Source of the DNA: Octopus vulgaris
Lineage: Eukaryota
Direction: 5' to 3'
Assembly (NCBI GenBank): GCA_951406725.2
Contig: OX597819.1
Location: 97,154,001-97,218,000 of the forward strand
Length of the DNA stretch: 64,000 nt
This document shows, piece after piece, positions 62,880 through 64,000 of the stretch. Numbering within the stretch: position 1 is the stretch's first letter; each line of letters begins with the position of its first letter. Made by a program: the position numbers and the translations under genes. The notes under the pieces are model-generated. The model was given only the letters and a program-made list of their open reading frames with translations. It had not been told where the DNA came from and made no database searches.

Positions 62880-63230
62880 CATCATCATCGTTTAACGTCC
62901 GCTTTCCATGCTAGCATGGGTTGGACGGTTCAACTGGGGTCTGGCAAGCTCGAAGGCTGCACCAGGCCAGTCAGATCTGGCAGTGTTTCTACAGCTGGAT
63001 GCCCTTCCTAACGCCAACCACTCCGAGAGTGTAGTGGGTGATTTTATGTGCCACCGACACAGGTGCCAGACGAGGCTGGCAGACGGCCACGCTCGGATGG
63101 TGTTTTTATGTGCCACCGACACAGGTGCCAGACGAGGCTGGCAGACGGCCATGCTCGGATGGTGTTTTTATGTGCCACCGACACAGGTGCCAGACGAGGC
63201 TGGCGAACGGCCACACTCAGATGGTGTTTG
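62880..63230 (-). mobile_element. Young family C retroposon with three near-identical 62-bp units
   Basis: tgtgccaccgacacaggtgccagacgaggctggc at 63047, 63109 and 63171; (CAT)n tail at 62880. Confidence 0.9.
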
Positions 63231-64000
63231 TTCATTATTATATTAATAATAAGTTCTAGTATAAGCAGACTGTCAAAAAATTCATGAGAAGGTATTAGTC
63301 AATTAAATCATCTCCAGTACTTGACAGTTGTTCTGTTTTAATAATCCTAGAAGGACAACAAAGTTGCTCTCAGCAGTATATAAATCACTGTAACTAAATT
63401 CCACACGATATTTTGTCAGACCTATAAAACATTTACTTTATTTTAACACCAAGGTTGGACAAAAACATCAAGGACAGTATATAACAGTGCAGGACACTAT
63501 AGTATGGGATTACATAAAAATGTATATAAAAAAAGGAAATAACAGAAAAAAAACAAAAATTCAAGCAAAAAAATATTCCCATAAAGGTAAACTTGTGAGG
63601 GCTACTTGTAGAAACCTCACAAAACTACAGTCACGCCAGCTCCTAAAGTGAGTGCCCTTTCCCAAATTGTCCTCCACTCATCTACAAAGTGCATACTTAG
63701 AGCAGGCCTATTCACTCAGACCAAGCTTGAAACTCCTCCACCTTTTAGCAAATTTGCTTAGAAGCAGCAATAACCTATCCACCATCACTTTCCTTTTCAA
63801 AAGAAACTTGAAAAAGTTGAGGGCTTGGCCTGTTTCTAATTCAAGCACAAGGCCAGTAATTCTGAATTTGTTTAATAAGCAATACTAAATGGTTTGTGTT
63901 TGAATGCATTTTGCACTAACTGCTATAAAACCTAACAACTACTGTGGGCACATTGTTAAAGCTTTTTGTTAAACTTGTTTACACACAAAACCCTCAGAAC

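Noticed and set aside
63038-63228. CRISPR-like array of regularly spaced repeats with small hairpins
   Set aside because: The whole 62-bp unit is repeated with no unique spacers, it lies inside a dispersed retroposon, there are no cas genes, and the context is eukaryotic.

Overview
Eukaryotic, AT-rich, microsatellite- and retroposon-dense DNA. The SINE/LINE families look cephalopod, most likely Octopus (recognised from memory, not by database search). There are no operons, rRNA or tRNA genes, or CRISPR arrays, and almost every ORF in the supplied track is an artefact of microsatellites or SINEs. The one credible host coding exon is a minus-strand first exon at 47171-47425 (MGNQLKK..., N-myristoylation-type start, CAG|GTATTT donor). 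It sits below a CpG-rich, promoter-like island (~47.7-48.3 kb) with two CACGTG E-boxes and a repeat- and uORF-containing leader. The gene could not be named, and most of 1-47170 looks like one very long intron. The rest of the window contains: an internally deleted piggyBac (6010-7100) with related TTAA MITEs; a hAT MITE carrying a nested piggyBac MITE; a probable non-autonomous Helitron; RTE/BovB and RLE-type LINE fragments; and at least five short-retroposon families (labelled A-E here). The best candidates for undescribed biology are RNA-level and speculative: a ~150-nt hairpin that coincides with a cryptic poison or terminal exon (11.3-11.4 kb), a possible 3-nt microexon (59092-59094), and several inverted repeats that could form ADAR substrates. 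No new multi-gene system can be supported from this sequence.
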